Shown here in pieces: positions 1 to 12,269 of a stretch of 64,000 nt of DNA (positions are counted from its first letter, which is position 1; each line of letters starts with the position of its first letter). Source of the stretch: Octopus vulgaris. Taxonomy: Eukaryota. Both the position numbers and the translations under genes were made by a program. The notes beneath the pieces are model-generated. The model had not been told where the DNA came from and did not search any database. It was given only the letters and a program-made list of their open reading frames with translations. The stretch is from NCBI GenBank assembly GCA_951406725.2, contig OX597832.1, forward strand, positions 41,726,001-41,790,000, written 5' to 3'.

Positions 1-249
1 TGTGTTGAGAGGGATTCTTTGGGTTATGAATAAATGTAACAGAAGCAAAATTGCTACTCAAGGCCCCTACTCAAAAAGTGGGAGCATACTCAAGGGCTAC
101 TCAGGGTGGCACATGCTTTATAGTTATGCCACTGTTCACCAACCAGCTAACCAACACATGGGTGGATGCTCACCTTCCTAAAAACCATGGGCAATAGTAC
201 TGTGTCTGCTGGTAAACTTAAGACCCTAACTGACATTCAAACAGGATAT

Positions 250-868
250 ATCATCATCCTCATTGTTTAACGTCCGTTTTCCATGCTAGCATGTGTTGGA
301 CAGCGAGGTGGCAGAACCGTTAGCACCCCGGGTGAAATGCGTAGCCGTATTTCGTCTGCCGTTACGTTCTGAGTTCAAATTCCGCCAAGGTCAACTTTGC
401 CTTTCATCCTTTCGGGGTCGATAAATTAAGTACCAGTTATGCACTGGGGTCGATGTAATCGACTTAATCCGTTTGTCTGTCCTTGTTTGTCTCCTCTGTG
501 TTTAGCTCCTTCTGGGTAGTAAAGAAATAGGTTTGACCGGGGTCTGGGAAGCCAGGAGGCTGCACCAGGCTTCAGTCTGATCTGGCAGTGTTTCTACAGC
601 TGGATGCCCTTCCTAACGCCAACCACTCCGTGAGTGTAGTGGGTGATTTTTACGTGCCACCGGCACAGGTGCCAGGTGAGGCTAGCAACGGCCACAATCG
701 GTTGGTGCTTTTCACATGCCACCGACATGGAAGCCAGTCGAGGTGGTGCTGGCAACAGCCATGTTTGGATGGTGCTTTTTACATGCCACCAGCACTGGTA
801 TCACAACTACAATTTCCATTGATTTTTTTGATTGATTTCGATTTCCCTTGCCTCAACAGGTCTTCGCA
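250..868 (-). mobile_element. RTE-clade LINE 3' UTR/tail, interrupted by a nested SINE
   Basis: (CAT)n tail, then TTTAACGTCCGTTTTCCATGCTAGCATG and GTGCCACCGGCAC units. The same sequence follows an RTE ORF2 C-terminus at 18170-18738. Confidence 0.75.
301..531 (+). mobile_element. tRNA-derived SINE, family A (GGCGAGCTGGCAGAA head), nested in an RTE tail
   Basis: A-box-like TGGCAGAACCG, B-box-like GAGTTCAAATTCC, core GCCTTTCATCCTTTCGGGGTCGATAAA and tail GTAAAGAAATA. More than 10 copies in the window. Confidence 0.85.
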
Positions 869-1639
869 TCACATCCATCACAAGTGCAAATTATAATTTT
901 TGGCTTCTGTAATAATTTCATTCAGTTCTTGGGAAGCTCCGAAGGTTCTTAAAATCAGTCCTGTAATACTTGACTGCTACTTTTATTTTATCAGCCCTTG
1001 AAGAAAGAATGGCAGTCAAACTTTGTCGGTTATTTCAATAAAAAATGTAAAAGGGATGTAACTGAATACCACAAAGTATTTTCCAATGGATCTACCAATT
1101 TACCATAAGTGAGTTGATGATGATGTGATGATGACGATGATGATGATGACTGCAAACAACAACAATGATGATGATGATGACAAAATCAACAATGATGATG
1201 ATGATGATGGTGAGGATCACTGTTGTTACCATCATTTTGATGGTGATGATGATGATGATGATGATGCTGTTGTTTTTGTTATGGCTGTTCTGAACCGATA
1301 CCAATTGCGTTTCCACCATTCTTTAACAATCTGGTTCATCTAATCAGCCGTCATCATTGATTATGCTGCCAAGATATGCAAATTTGGCTTGCTCTATCAG
1401 ATTTTTGGCCAACATCTATCTTTGTAGGGTTCTTGTTTTATTTTGTTTGAGTGATTTTTTAATGTTTTTTTTTGTTTTTTAATGTTGATTTCATTTGAAG
1501 CCCTTTTGTTTGTGTTTGCTACAAAGACAAACAGATTCTGCAATCTTTGTACACTTTCCCTCCCTTGCATCACAACAAGGCCGCTGCCATTAGCCAAGAG
1601 AACTTATCTGATATACAGCTAAGATGATATGATTCTGGT

Positions 1640-1795
1640 TCAGAACTGTGAAGTTCCAAACAGGACTGCATTTGGGTGTGTCTGGATTAAATACCATTAT
1701 CCATATCTTTGAATGTTGCTTTAAGCATTGCTGACAAGAATCAGGAAAACATATTATATAGCTATTGTACCAGTGACCTCTGCTATTATTGGGCG
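1640..1795 (-). pseudogene. Possible highly decayed R4/Dong-type LINE C-terminus
   Basis: Minus-strand peptides PIIAEVTGTI and NAVLFGTSQF*TRII resemble the R4-clade terminal motifs (PIIVGALG...KAVLLGTAHILRKVL). Lies next to an (AAT)n tract. Weak match. Confidence 0.3.
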
Positions 1796-1860
1796 AATAC
1801 ATTTGCAGTGCATGACTGCTGCCAGCAAAATAGTATGTCTACAATGTGTGTGGTGTGAAT

Positions 1861-1861
1861 G

Positions 1862-1897
<36 letters not shown>

Positions 1898-1974
1898 TAT
1901 TATTATTATTATTATTAATTATTATTATTATTATTATTTATTATTATTATTATTATTATTAATTATTAATTATT

Positions 1975-2009
<35 letters not shown>

Positions 2010-2043
2010 CCACCACCACCACCACCACCACCACCACCATCAC

Positions 2044-2082
<39 letters not shown>

Positions 2083-2092
2083 TATTATTATT
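1861..2092. repeat. Compound (ATT)n-(CAT)n-(CAC)n microsatellite
   Basis: Directly visible. Confidence 0.95.
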
Positions 2093-2093
2093 A

Positions 2094-2500
2094 AGGCGGC
2101 GAGCTGGCAGAATCGTTAGCACACCAGGCAAAATTTTTAGGAGCATTTTGTCTGCTTGATGTTGAGTTCAAATTCTGCTGAGGTCGACTTTGCCTTTCAT
2201 CCTTTCAGGGTCAATAAATTGAGCACCTTTAAAGCACTTGGGTCAATGTAATTTCAGGCCTCGTACCTTTAGTAGAAAGGATTATTATAATTAAGATGGC
2301 AAGCTATCAGAAACTTTTGCATGCCGGGCAAATGCTTAGAGGTATTTTGTCTGTCTTTATGTTCTGAATTCAAATTCCACTGAGGTTCACATTACCTTTC
2401 ATCCTTTCAGGGCCGATAAAATCAGTACCAATTGAGTACTGGAGTCAATGTAATTAATTTACCCCTTCCCCAAAATTACTGGCCTTCTGCCAAAATTTGA
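2094..2500 (+). mobile_element. Two diverged family-A-related SINE copies (alternative tail ending in (ATT)n)
   Basis: AGGCGGCGAGCTGGCAGAATCGTTAGC head at 2094 and a decayed head near 2295, both with the CCTTTCATCCTTTCAGGG core. Confidence 0.75.
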
Positions 2501-2520
2501 AATCATCATCATCATCATCA

Positions 2521-2522
<2 letters not shown>

Positions 2523-2561
<39 letters not shown>

Positions 2562-3090
2562 GAGTGAGATAGCAGTGCATGCCATCAGAGTGACACTGGG
2601 GTAAAATATACGAAGCCCAGTATACGCATCATGACTACCCGTCTGATAAGGGTACACTAGACACATGCATCACAACCATATGTGCGCGACATGGTGATGT
2701 CATATCAAGATAAACAGTACATGACCTTGCAGGTGGGGCCCAGTTAGAATTCTCTTCTGGTCGAGTAACCCATCCCACTCAAAAGGTCCCTGAATAAGGT
2801 TTGTTTAAGGATGCTGAACGAACTACCCATGTTTCCAAAGGTGAATTATCCAAACCTCTAAGAATCCCTCTCAACACACAGCTATGATGCTTCCCCACTA
2901 CTTCTGCTCGAGATCAGAGACACACATATCATCAGCCACCAATGGACATGCTCAACTGGTTACCGTCAAACAACTGATAAGCAAATCTGTGGTATTGAGC
3001 AGAATATTTGCTGTAGCCCACCTTTTATACCAAGACAAAACAATGTACATGATAACACTTCCAATCAGTTAAGATCAGAAGCCATGAAAG
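2523..3090 (-). mobile_element. Non-LTR retroelement 3' UTR ending in an (AAT)n tail (probably R4/Dong-like)
   Basis: On the minus strand it ends ...GCATGCACTGCTATCTCACTC(AAT)n. Bases 1-35 of the window match the reverse complement of 2850-2880, so it is a dispersed repeat. The clade is inferred from the TAA-repeat association. Confidence 0.5.
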
Positions 3091-3416
3091 CCATTATTTC
3101 ACACAGTAGTATTGAGCCCAAAACCATGAGGTTGAGAAGCAAGCATCTCAACCACACAGCCATGCCTGCACCCATATTTATATACATACATGTGTGTGCA
3201 TCCGTGTGTGTGTGTGTGTACACACACATATACATACACATACACACACACATACATTTATATGCACACACACATACACATCCACACACCTAAATATAGG
3301 AATTAGAGAAATTTGAACCTAACAATCTTCCTGTGATTTTGGTGAAGTTTGGCCATCACTGGCAGTCGGTTAGTTCTATACTTAGAACAGACATTATATA
3401 TGTGAATATATGAGCG

Positions 3417-3440
3417 TAGTAGTAGTAGTAGTAGTAGTAA

Positions 3441-3515
<75 letters not shown>

Positions 3516-3532
3516 TGGTAGTGGTGGTAGTG

Positions 3533-3571
<39 letters not shown>

Positions 3572-3890
3572 ATGGTGGTGGTGGTAGTGGTAGTGGTAGT
3601 AGTAATAGTAGTAGTAGTAGTAGTAGTAGTAGTGTAGTGGTGGTGGTGGTGGTAGTAGTAGTAGCAGCAGCAGCAGTAGTAGTAGTAGTAGTAGTAGCAG
3701 CAGCAGCAGCCATACTGGTAGGATGTGGATGTGGCTGGTGGGGTGGGGGGATGTAGTGGTGAGTGTGAGGCAGGTATAGCAGATGCCGTAGTAGCAGAAG
3801 AGGTGATGTTGTTAGGGTGGTGATGGTGTTTGTGGTGGTTGTGGTGATGTTGATGAGATTGTTGGTGATGGTGGTGGTGGTGGTGGCGAT
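3417..3890. repeat. (GTA)n/(GTG)n/(GCA)n microsatellite complex
   Basis: Directly visible. It generates the poly-V/L/T ORFs. Confidence 0.95.
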
Positions 3891-4039
3891 GTTAGCATTT
3901 TTCATGGTGGAGATGGTGTTGGTGCTATTGCTTAGCCCAAGGTCAATCCCGATTGAGCTGACTTCCATTCAAAGACATGCTAGCCACAACTCTCACATCA
4001 GATTGTAAACCAGAGACCAAACTGAAAGAAGCCAATTGT

Positions 4040-4074
<35 letters not shown>

Positions 4075-5039
4075 GTTTATCCCCAACACCACTTGACAAA
4101 TGGTGTTGGTTTGTTTACGTCCCTGTAACATACCAGCTTAGCAAAACAGACCAATAGAATCGGTACCAGGCTTACAAAGAAAATAAATCCTGGGGTCAAC
4201 TTGTTTGCCTAAAAGCTCAAGACAGTCCCTCAGAATGGCCACAGCCTAATGATTGAAACAAGTACAATGATGAAAAAGATATAAAAAAAAAAAAGAAATT
4301 TTAGGCTGGAAATAGATGATTTAAACTCTAAAGGATTAAAACAGCAGAGTGAGATAAAGGAATCTGGCTGCTATTTCTTGCAAGCAAAGCAACCACATAA
4401 AGATTTCTTTGTAGGCATATTGATATTATACATCATGATCTCAGTGGTGTTTGTAGTGTTAGCGGTAATAGTAGTATCTGTAGAGGTGGTGGTGGTGGTC
4501 ATAGGAATGGTAGTAATCTTTGATGTCGATTGTAGTGGTGTATGTTACAGTAAAGTGATAGCAGTAAAGGTTGGGGTGATGGCCAAAAAGTATTTTGTTG
4601 GCCAATTCACAAAATTTTGTTCTGTCTTAATCAGTTTTACATTATTGCTAAAATATTATTTCTTGTTTTATGAATATTTCTGAGAAAAAAATAATAAATA
4701 AAAAGATTCTTCTTTCTATAAATAACACCATAAAAATATTTTTCTCTGCTTTATATTTCAAAACTGTTTATTCAGCAAATATCTTTGAAGAAGAACAAAT
4801 ATGTAAGAGTGCACTATATGCATATGTGCATAAAAGTACACAGACACACACACATATGTGTATGTATATAATATATGTATGTATGTATGTATGTATGCAT
4901 GTATAAGGTCTTAGCTGCCAATTCTGTACAAGACATTGTAGATCTTTAGCTGGGCTAAAAAGTCACATTCGATCACAGTACCAATAACAGTTAAGCTTCG
5001 TGCAATGGCCATACTCGATAACGAGGGGGCAGCCATAAC

Positions 5040-5070
<31 letters not shown>

Positions 5071-5236
5071 TGTATGTATGTATGTATGTATGTATGGATG
5101 TGTGTGTGTATGTATGTATGTGTGTATGTATGTATGTATGTATGTATGTATGTATGTATGTATGTATGTATGTATGTATGTATGTATGTATGTATGTATG
5201 TATGTATGTATGTATATGTGTGTGTGTATGTGTGTT

Positions 5237-5474
5237 CTGAGACCCCCTTCGTTCATGACTGACCATGGGATTACACCTAGAAAGTTACCCTCCCAGGCAC
5301 AAGTCCAGGCAAGGTTGTTTATGCAAGACCAGAAGTCACCCATGCCTACCGGCCTCCCCTTTCCACGCCACCAGTGTTATCCAAGGAAAAGGCAAAGGTG
5401 CCGATACAGTTTGGCACCTGTGGCATCGCAACTCATTTCTACAGCTGAGTGAACTGGAGCAACGTGAAATAAAA
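5237..5474 (-). mobile_element. SINE family C, head-truncated
   Basis: Reverse-complement match to the full copy at 49045-49395 (GCTCCAGT.CACTCAGCT..AGAAATGAGTTGCGA ... TCATGA.CGAAGGGGGTCT). Confidence 0.75.
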
Positions 5475-5699
5475 TTAGTTCATTTGACTAAAATTCCTTC
5501 AAGGTGATGCCCCAGTGTAGCCACAGTCCAATGACTGAAACAAGATAAAAGATAAAAGGTATATTCTGTAAAGTGGTTGGATTTAGGAAGGATATCCATT
5601 ATATCCCTATGTACGTAGATAGATTGATGAATGGTTGGATGACAGACAGATGATTGGATGGACAGATGGATGTATGGGTACATATACAAAGTTTCTCTA

Positions 5700-6030
5700 C
5701 ACACGTGCCTGTGAAGAACACATTTGAATTTCCACAAAATTGAGACATATCCATTCTATAAAACTCCAAGAATTATCTTATGATTTCAGAGCTAAGAAAA
5801 TAGAAATGAAACAGACTCGAAAAACAGGAGCTATTCCATAAAAACAGATATGGTAAACACCGCACCCAACACCGAAAGGGGGGCCCCACCACGTCAAAAC
5901 GGTAGAGGAGTAGGGGCCAAAACCGGACGTGGCTCCTCCTGATGATGTCTTGAGCTAACTGGATCCTATAAAGGAGCTGCTGTGGTAGCAGACCACGAAA
6001 CACGGTTGTAATTCCTCCTAATAATTCCAA
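5700..6030 (+). mobile_element. Probable Penelope-like element 3' remnant with a hammerhead-like motif
   Basis: Frameshifted peptides CEEHI and KIETYPFYK recall the end of Penelope GIY-YIG domains (inference). They are followed by CTGATGA (5939) ... GAAAC (5997) with pairing stems. Confidence 0.4.
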
Positions 6031-6377
6031 AAACTATGCATAATTTTGACGAGTTGTTTTTGTCTCGTGAGCTGAAAAACAAAGAGAGACGTTTCTGTAG
6101 CATGTTTTCTATAGCAAGGGTCAGATAGCAGTCCTCATACAACATGTATTATTCATTCAATGGGGTCGATTTGAAAATATCTTTCATAAGAAGCTAATTT
6201 AAGGCTTTTAAAGAGCTCAACTGCCATAGTTATAAATTTATGAATTAATAAACTCACAAAGAACCCAATGCATTGTATATTAGGAGGTCTGTACACGTAA
6301 GTGCGCCAGTCAAGAAAATAACTTCATATGTGTAGAAAACTAAGGTAAATCTATTCTAAGTGCTTCATGAAATATTT

Positions 6378-6381
<4 letters not shown>

Positions 6382-6432
<51 letters not shown>

Positions 6433-6545
6433 TATACTATACACACACACATATACATATTTATATATACACACATATACATATATGCATATATATACAC
6501 ACACATACTTACATATATACATACATACATACATACATACATACA

Positions 6546-6605
<60 letters not shown>

Positions 6606-6710
6606 TGTATGTATGTATGTATGTATGTATGTATGTATGTATGTATGTATGTATGTATGTATGTATGTATGTATGTATGTATGTATGTATGTATGTATGT
6701 GTGTATACGT
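6382..6710. repeat. (TA)n plus inverted (CATA)n/(TATG)n microsatellite
   Basis: Directly visible. The (CATA)n run switches to its reverse complement near 6575. Confidence 0.95.
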
Positions 6711-7049
6711 ATGATGAGCTTCTGCATAAATATTAAAAATTAATAATTAACAAGAAATAACAATAACCTAACACTGAAGCATCTTTATATGAAAACAATA
6801 TGTATGAATGTGTGTGTATGTGTGTGTGAGAGAGAGAGAGAGAGAGAGTGTGTGTGTGTGTGAAGAGGATTTGAGTGTAGGATTCAGTAATGGCATAAAT
6901 GCAATGCTTGTGATGGAGACTATGTTGAGTAGCATCTTTGTATAGAGAAAGGGTTACTCTATAAATATGTGTAATTTGAACCACCTATATCAATGAATAA
7001 AAAAAAGTTGTGTTTATTTTGCATTATTTTCAGTATTAACCTCATATTC

Positions 7050-7232
7050 ATATACGAGCAAAACGCCCCCCACTCCATCCAATGGACGGCGCTGCGTTGT
7101 CAAACATTTAAACCAAATTTTCTCTAAACAACTTGTCCGACCGTCCCATAGGCCTCTCCTTTGAGAAACACTGATTTAACCTAAATTTGAGACACCGGCA
7201 AAAGAAGAAATAAAGATAGACTTTTTTTCTAT
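7050..7232 (+). repeat. Unclassified dispersed repeat (second copy at 37995-38180)
   Basis: Near-identical ~180 bp: CAAAACGCCCCC...TCCAATGGACGG...GAGACACCGGCAAAAGAAGAAATA.AGATAGACTTTTTTTCTATT. Confidence 0.8.
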
Positions 7233-7510
7233 TCCAAAGAAAAAAGATTTTTTTTTCCCACAAATATGCAACCGAAGAGTTTAAAGTACCAGTAATGATA
7301 AGGCTGTTGACTGGGAGAACACAAACATGGTTTAAACAGTAAGCTTGGCAGGAAAAAAACATGCCTTTAAGCAGTACAAAAATAACAAAAAATGGAAGGT
7401 GCAGTTATGTACAGGTTGACGGATGAAAAGCAGGACAAAAACAGCTTTATCGATCGCATTCTCACCTGGAATCGATTTTTGTAATTTTTTCAAGACTTAT
7501 ACATGCCCTG

Positions 7511-7762
7511 ATACCTATTTCTTTATTACCCACAAGGGGCTAAACATAGAGGGGACAAACATAGGTATTAAGTCGATTACATCGATCTTAGTGCGTAACT
7601 GGTACTTAATTTATCGACCCCGAAAGGATGAAAGGTAAAGTCGACCTCGGCGGAATTTGAACTCACAACGTTACGGCAGCCGAAATACCGCTAAGCATTG
7701 CAGCCGAAATACCGCTAAGCATTTCACCCGACATGCTAACGATTCTGCCAGCTCGCCGCCTT
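7511..7762 (-). mobile_element. SINE family A
   Basis: Reverse complement of the family A consensus, with an internal 24-bp duplication GCAGCCGAAATACCGCTAAGCATT. Confidence 0.85.
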
Positions 7763-8278
7763 ATACCGTCTGTATCTAGACATCAAATTTGAGCGCAATC
7801 GGATGGAGGATGCCCAAGATCCTAGAAGGCACATACACAGAGACAGAACGGATTTTATATAATAGATAATATTTCACTCCAATGAAGCTCTAAGGTGTTA
7901 TTCAGACACTGCATTTTATAGCAGAAACAACTGTAAGCTAATGAAGTTCATAAGATAATTGTTTATTCCTTTGTCATTTTATTTTCTTATTTCAGATACA
8001 TAAATTGCTTTGTTAGTTCCTGCCAGTCAACCTGAACATTGTTGAGTTACTTCCATTAAAAATACATGTTCCATACGAGACAACAGAGGTGCTCTTTGTG
8101 GTCACCTGGCTTATTAGAAATAGCAACTTATATATATTTATCATATGTATATCATCATCATCATCACCATCACCATCACCAACACCATCACCATCAAACA
8201 TTCATTGTCCATGCTGGCTTGGATTAGATGGTTTGACCATAGCTGGCAAGCTAGGGAGCTGCACCAGACTCCAGTCTC

Positions 8279-8333
<55 letters not shown>

Positions 8334-8336
<3 letters not shown>

Positions 8337-8387
8337 GTCCAACCCATGCTAGCATGGAGAACGGACGTTAAACAATGATGATGATGA

Positions 8388-8485
<98 letters not shown>

Positions 8486-8533
8486 GTCCAACCCATGCTA
8501 GCATGGAGAACGGACATTAAACGATGATGATGA

Positions 8534-8537
<4 letters not shown>
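8334..8537 (+). mobile_element. Two tandem ~55-bp RTE tail stubs inside a (TA)n tract
   Basis: ACCGTCCAACCCATGCTAGCATGGAGAACGGAC.TTAAAC.ATGATGATG at ~8334 and ~8483. Confidence 0.8.
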
Positions 8538-8573
<36 letters not shown>

Positions 8574-9229
8574 GTATACATACATATATATATGTAGATA
8601 TATATATATCTGTGTATGCATATATATACATATTGTGTATGTATATATATAATCATTCATGCATGCACAAATGTGTATGTTGTATCATCTTTATGACAAC
8701 TCAGTGACTTGGATAAAAATTTTGTCTGACATCTCTTCAACATCACCACCACCACTACCACCACCACCACCACCACCACCACCACCATTATTATTATTAT
8801 TATTATTGTTACTATTTCCAGTGATGAGTAAACTTAAATGTTTATAACAAAAGAATTTTTTTGGTTAAGAAGGTAGGATTTAAATAATTTTACATGTCTG
8901 AGGTTACAGGGTCACAAGGTCACAATGCCTGTGAGATTAAGCTGCTGTTCTATTGACCTTAATCCCAATTAATCACATTTGAAGAATCCAAAACCTCCTA
9001 CCTTGTTATAGTTGTGTTATGTACAAGGTCATTGTGAGGATAAAGCTGTAGGGTGTAAAGGTAGCAACAACCCATGACCCTTTTTTAGGTATCTCCAAGG
9101 TTTGTAGGAGGAAGAGAGAATATTACCTTCAACACAGAGATCTTATTTACATGCTTGCAACAAAGGGGACTACATTAAGATGACCCAAGGGCCAGGTCAC
9201 GTTAAACTGAGTGAAGGATTAAGCATACC

Positions 9230-9465
9230 TATTTCTTTATTACCCACAAGGGGCCAAACATAGAGGGGACAAACAAGGACAGACATAGGTATTAAGTCGA
9301 TTACATCGACCCCAGTGCGTAACTGGTACTTTAATTTATCGACCCCGAAAGGATGAAAGGCAAACTCGACCTCGGCGGAATTTGAACTCAGAACGTAACG
9401 GCAGACGCAATACCGCAAAGCATTTCGCCCGGCGTGCCAACGATTCTGCCAGCTCGTCGCCTTTT
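9230..9465 (-). mobile_element. Full-length SINE family A with a 12-bp TSD
   Basis: TSD ATTAAGCATACC at 9218-9229 and 9466-9477. Confidence 0.9.
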
Positions 9466-9680
9466 ATTAAGCATACCACCCAAGACCAGAAACAGTATGT
9501 GGTTTGTAAGCAGGCTACTTACCACACAGCCACTTCTGCACCTACTTGCACATTAATTTCACAAGCAGGCCGTTCCATGGACGGGATCAACTGGAACCTT
9601 TATCTTCCTAACTGACAGAGTGCTGGGTTTTTTTTTGGGGGGGGGGGGTCCATTTTTTGGGCCAACCCACGACTTGACAT

Positions 9681-10257
9681 TTAACCCTTTGGTGTTCAAA
9701 TTTCTCTATTAAATGTAATACTTTTTCACTCAAATTGTTTTGAATTAATCATGCATTATGTTATAGCTTTGAGGTTTCAATGATATCTCTTTTCTCTTTT
9801 ACTTGTTTCAGTCATTTGACTGCGGCCATGCTGGAGCACCGCCTTTAGTCGAGCAAATCGACCCCGGGACTTATTCTTTGTAAGCCCAGTACTTATTCTA
9901 TCGGTCTCTTTTGCTGAACCGCTAAGTGACGGGGACGTAAACACACCAGCATTGGTTGTCAAGCAATGCTAGGGGGACAAACACAGATACACAAACACAC
10001 ACACACATACATATACACATATATATACATATATACGACAGGCTTCTTTCAGTTTCCGTCTACCAAATCCACTCACAAGGCATTGGTCTGCCCGGGGCTA
10101 TAGCAGAAGACACTTGCCCAAGATGCCACGCAGTGGGACTGAACCCGGAACCATGATTGTTTATTTTTAGAATGTCACTATAGGTTAGGTGTGAGAGGCT
10201 AGATATGGCCAGTTTGAATGCAAAACATGTAGAATATTTGGGCCGGATATGGGTTAA
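9681..10257. mobile_element. piggyBac-type MITE with a nested family-B SINE (9786-10153, minus)
   Basis: Termini TTAACCC...GGGTTAA (TTAA target, CCC/GGG ends). Confidence 0.65.
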
Positions 10258-10484
10258 ACACACCTGGCCACTAAACACCTCTCAGTAACAAGCGTATCTG
10301 CCTCACCATGGAGCATCACACACCTGGAAGCAAAGAACACTGCAACCCACAGAAGATCCTCTCTCTAGGACAGGATGAACGTTTCTTCTCCTCTTTGTAA
10401 TCCTAATCTACCTCACCTGTTTTAATATATTTGTTACATAGAACCAAGTACAAAAATGAATTTATGTGTTGAATCAAATTTTCC

Positions 10485-10697
10485 AGTTCTGTATTTAAGA
10501 GATGAAGAATTATTTACACTATTTACATTCGACGGATATTTGTCCTCATCTTGTTTGTTGTTAACACAACATTTCAGCTGATATACCCTCCAGCCTTCAT
10601 CAGGTATCTTGGGGAAATTTCGAACCTGGGTTCTCATTCCTAAGGTATTTTTCGATGTTCTTCTTCTTCTTCTTCTTCTTCTTCTTCTTCTTCTTCT

Positions 10698-10729
<32 letters not shown>

Positions 10730-10826
10730 CTCCTCCTCCTCCTCCTCCTCCTCCTCCTCCTCCTCCTCCTCCTCCTCCTCCTCCTCCTCCTCCTCCTCCT
10801 CCTCCTTCTTCTTCTTCTTCTTCTTC

Positions 10827-10888
<62 letters not shown>

Positions 10889-11130
10889 ATTATCATCATT
10901 ATTATTATTATTCAGGTGACTACCTGGAATTGAACTCAGAATCTTGGGGTTAGTACCCCGCTTAACCACTACATCATATGCCCACGGGCATATGGTGTAG
11001 TGGTTCCAGAACCCAGGTTCGAAATTTCCCCAAGACACCTGATGAAGGCTGGAGGGTATATCAGCCGAAAACGTGTTAACAACAAACAAGATGAGGACAA
11101 ATATCCGTCGAATGTAAATAATGTAAACAA
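10485..11130. mobile_element. Head-to-head inverted pair of a tRNA-headed, hammerhead-bearing (Penelope-like tail) element
   Basis: Arms 10511-10634 and 11008-11130 are reverse complements, with a central palindrome at 10964-11005. A tRNA-like A/B-box head lies on the minus strand at 10915-10983. Each arm has CTGATGA-stem-GAAA. Confidence 0.7.
10564..10607 (-). ncRNA. Minimal type I hammerhead ribozyme motif (slightly decayed)
   Basis: Minus strand reads ATAC-CTGATGA-A-GGCTG-GAGGGTATAT-CAGCT-GAAAT-GTT-GTGT. The plus-strand sister copy is at 11035-11076. Confidence 0.6.
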
Positions 11131-11374
11131 TGAAACAAATTTTGTTGTGTCGTGTGAGAGTCATTACAGCAGATCAATTAGTTAGTTGGACAGATATTTA
11201 ACCAACTGACTAATAATAAATGACTAGAAATGAACTGGTGCACACGTTATTAATATTGGTGTAATGTCTCTCCCAAGACACTACAAAATTTGTTGTGTAG
11301 AATGCAACAATAAAAATGCTTCTTATTTTTGTTATTTTTAATTTAAATTTCACAGTTTTTTTTTACTATTGTGC

Positions 11375-11418
<44 letters not shown>

Positions 11419-11917
11419 ATGCGTATGTGCTTGCAAAAGGAAACATGCTGGCTTGTATCGTAGCTTTAATTGTCCACCCGTTTGTCTGACGTCAAGCAAG
11501 TGTGCTGGTGTGTTGGTGTGCAATTACATTTGGATGTATCTGAATACATGACTGCTATTTTCGTCTTTCGGTCATTGACCTGGCCAATAAAAAAAACACT
11601 CTTCCCACGACCTTCCTTCATTAGAACAACCGTTTCTACTAGTTCTAATCCTCCCACATTCTTATAAACTCTTATCCTTTTTCCACCTCACCCATTCCTA
11701 AAATCTTTCTCTTCTTCTCTTTCTTTCTCCAACCACTTCCTCATCTCACCCACATAAATATTCCCCCTCAGCCATTTCTTCCCTATGTTCATGGATAATG
11801 AATACCTTTTTCTCTCACTGTAAACTTTGTGCAAAAGCTAATTAATACAAGCCAATGCAGACCAACATTACTCTGTGTGCATGTGTGGGAATATATATAT
11901 ATGTATAAATATGTATA

Positions 11918-12185
<268 letters not shown>

Positions 12186-12228
12186 ATGTATATATATATG
12201 AATATATATATATGTGTGTGTGTGTGTG

Positions 12229-12269
<41 letters not shown>

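Noticed and set aside
10915-10983. Functional tRNA gene (also SINE heads at 13268, 31303, 49045)
   Set aside because: A/B boxes are present but there is no complete cloverleaf, and each continues into a repeat body.
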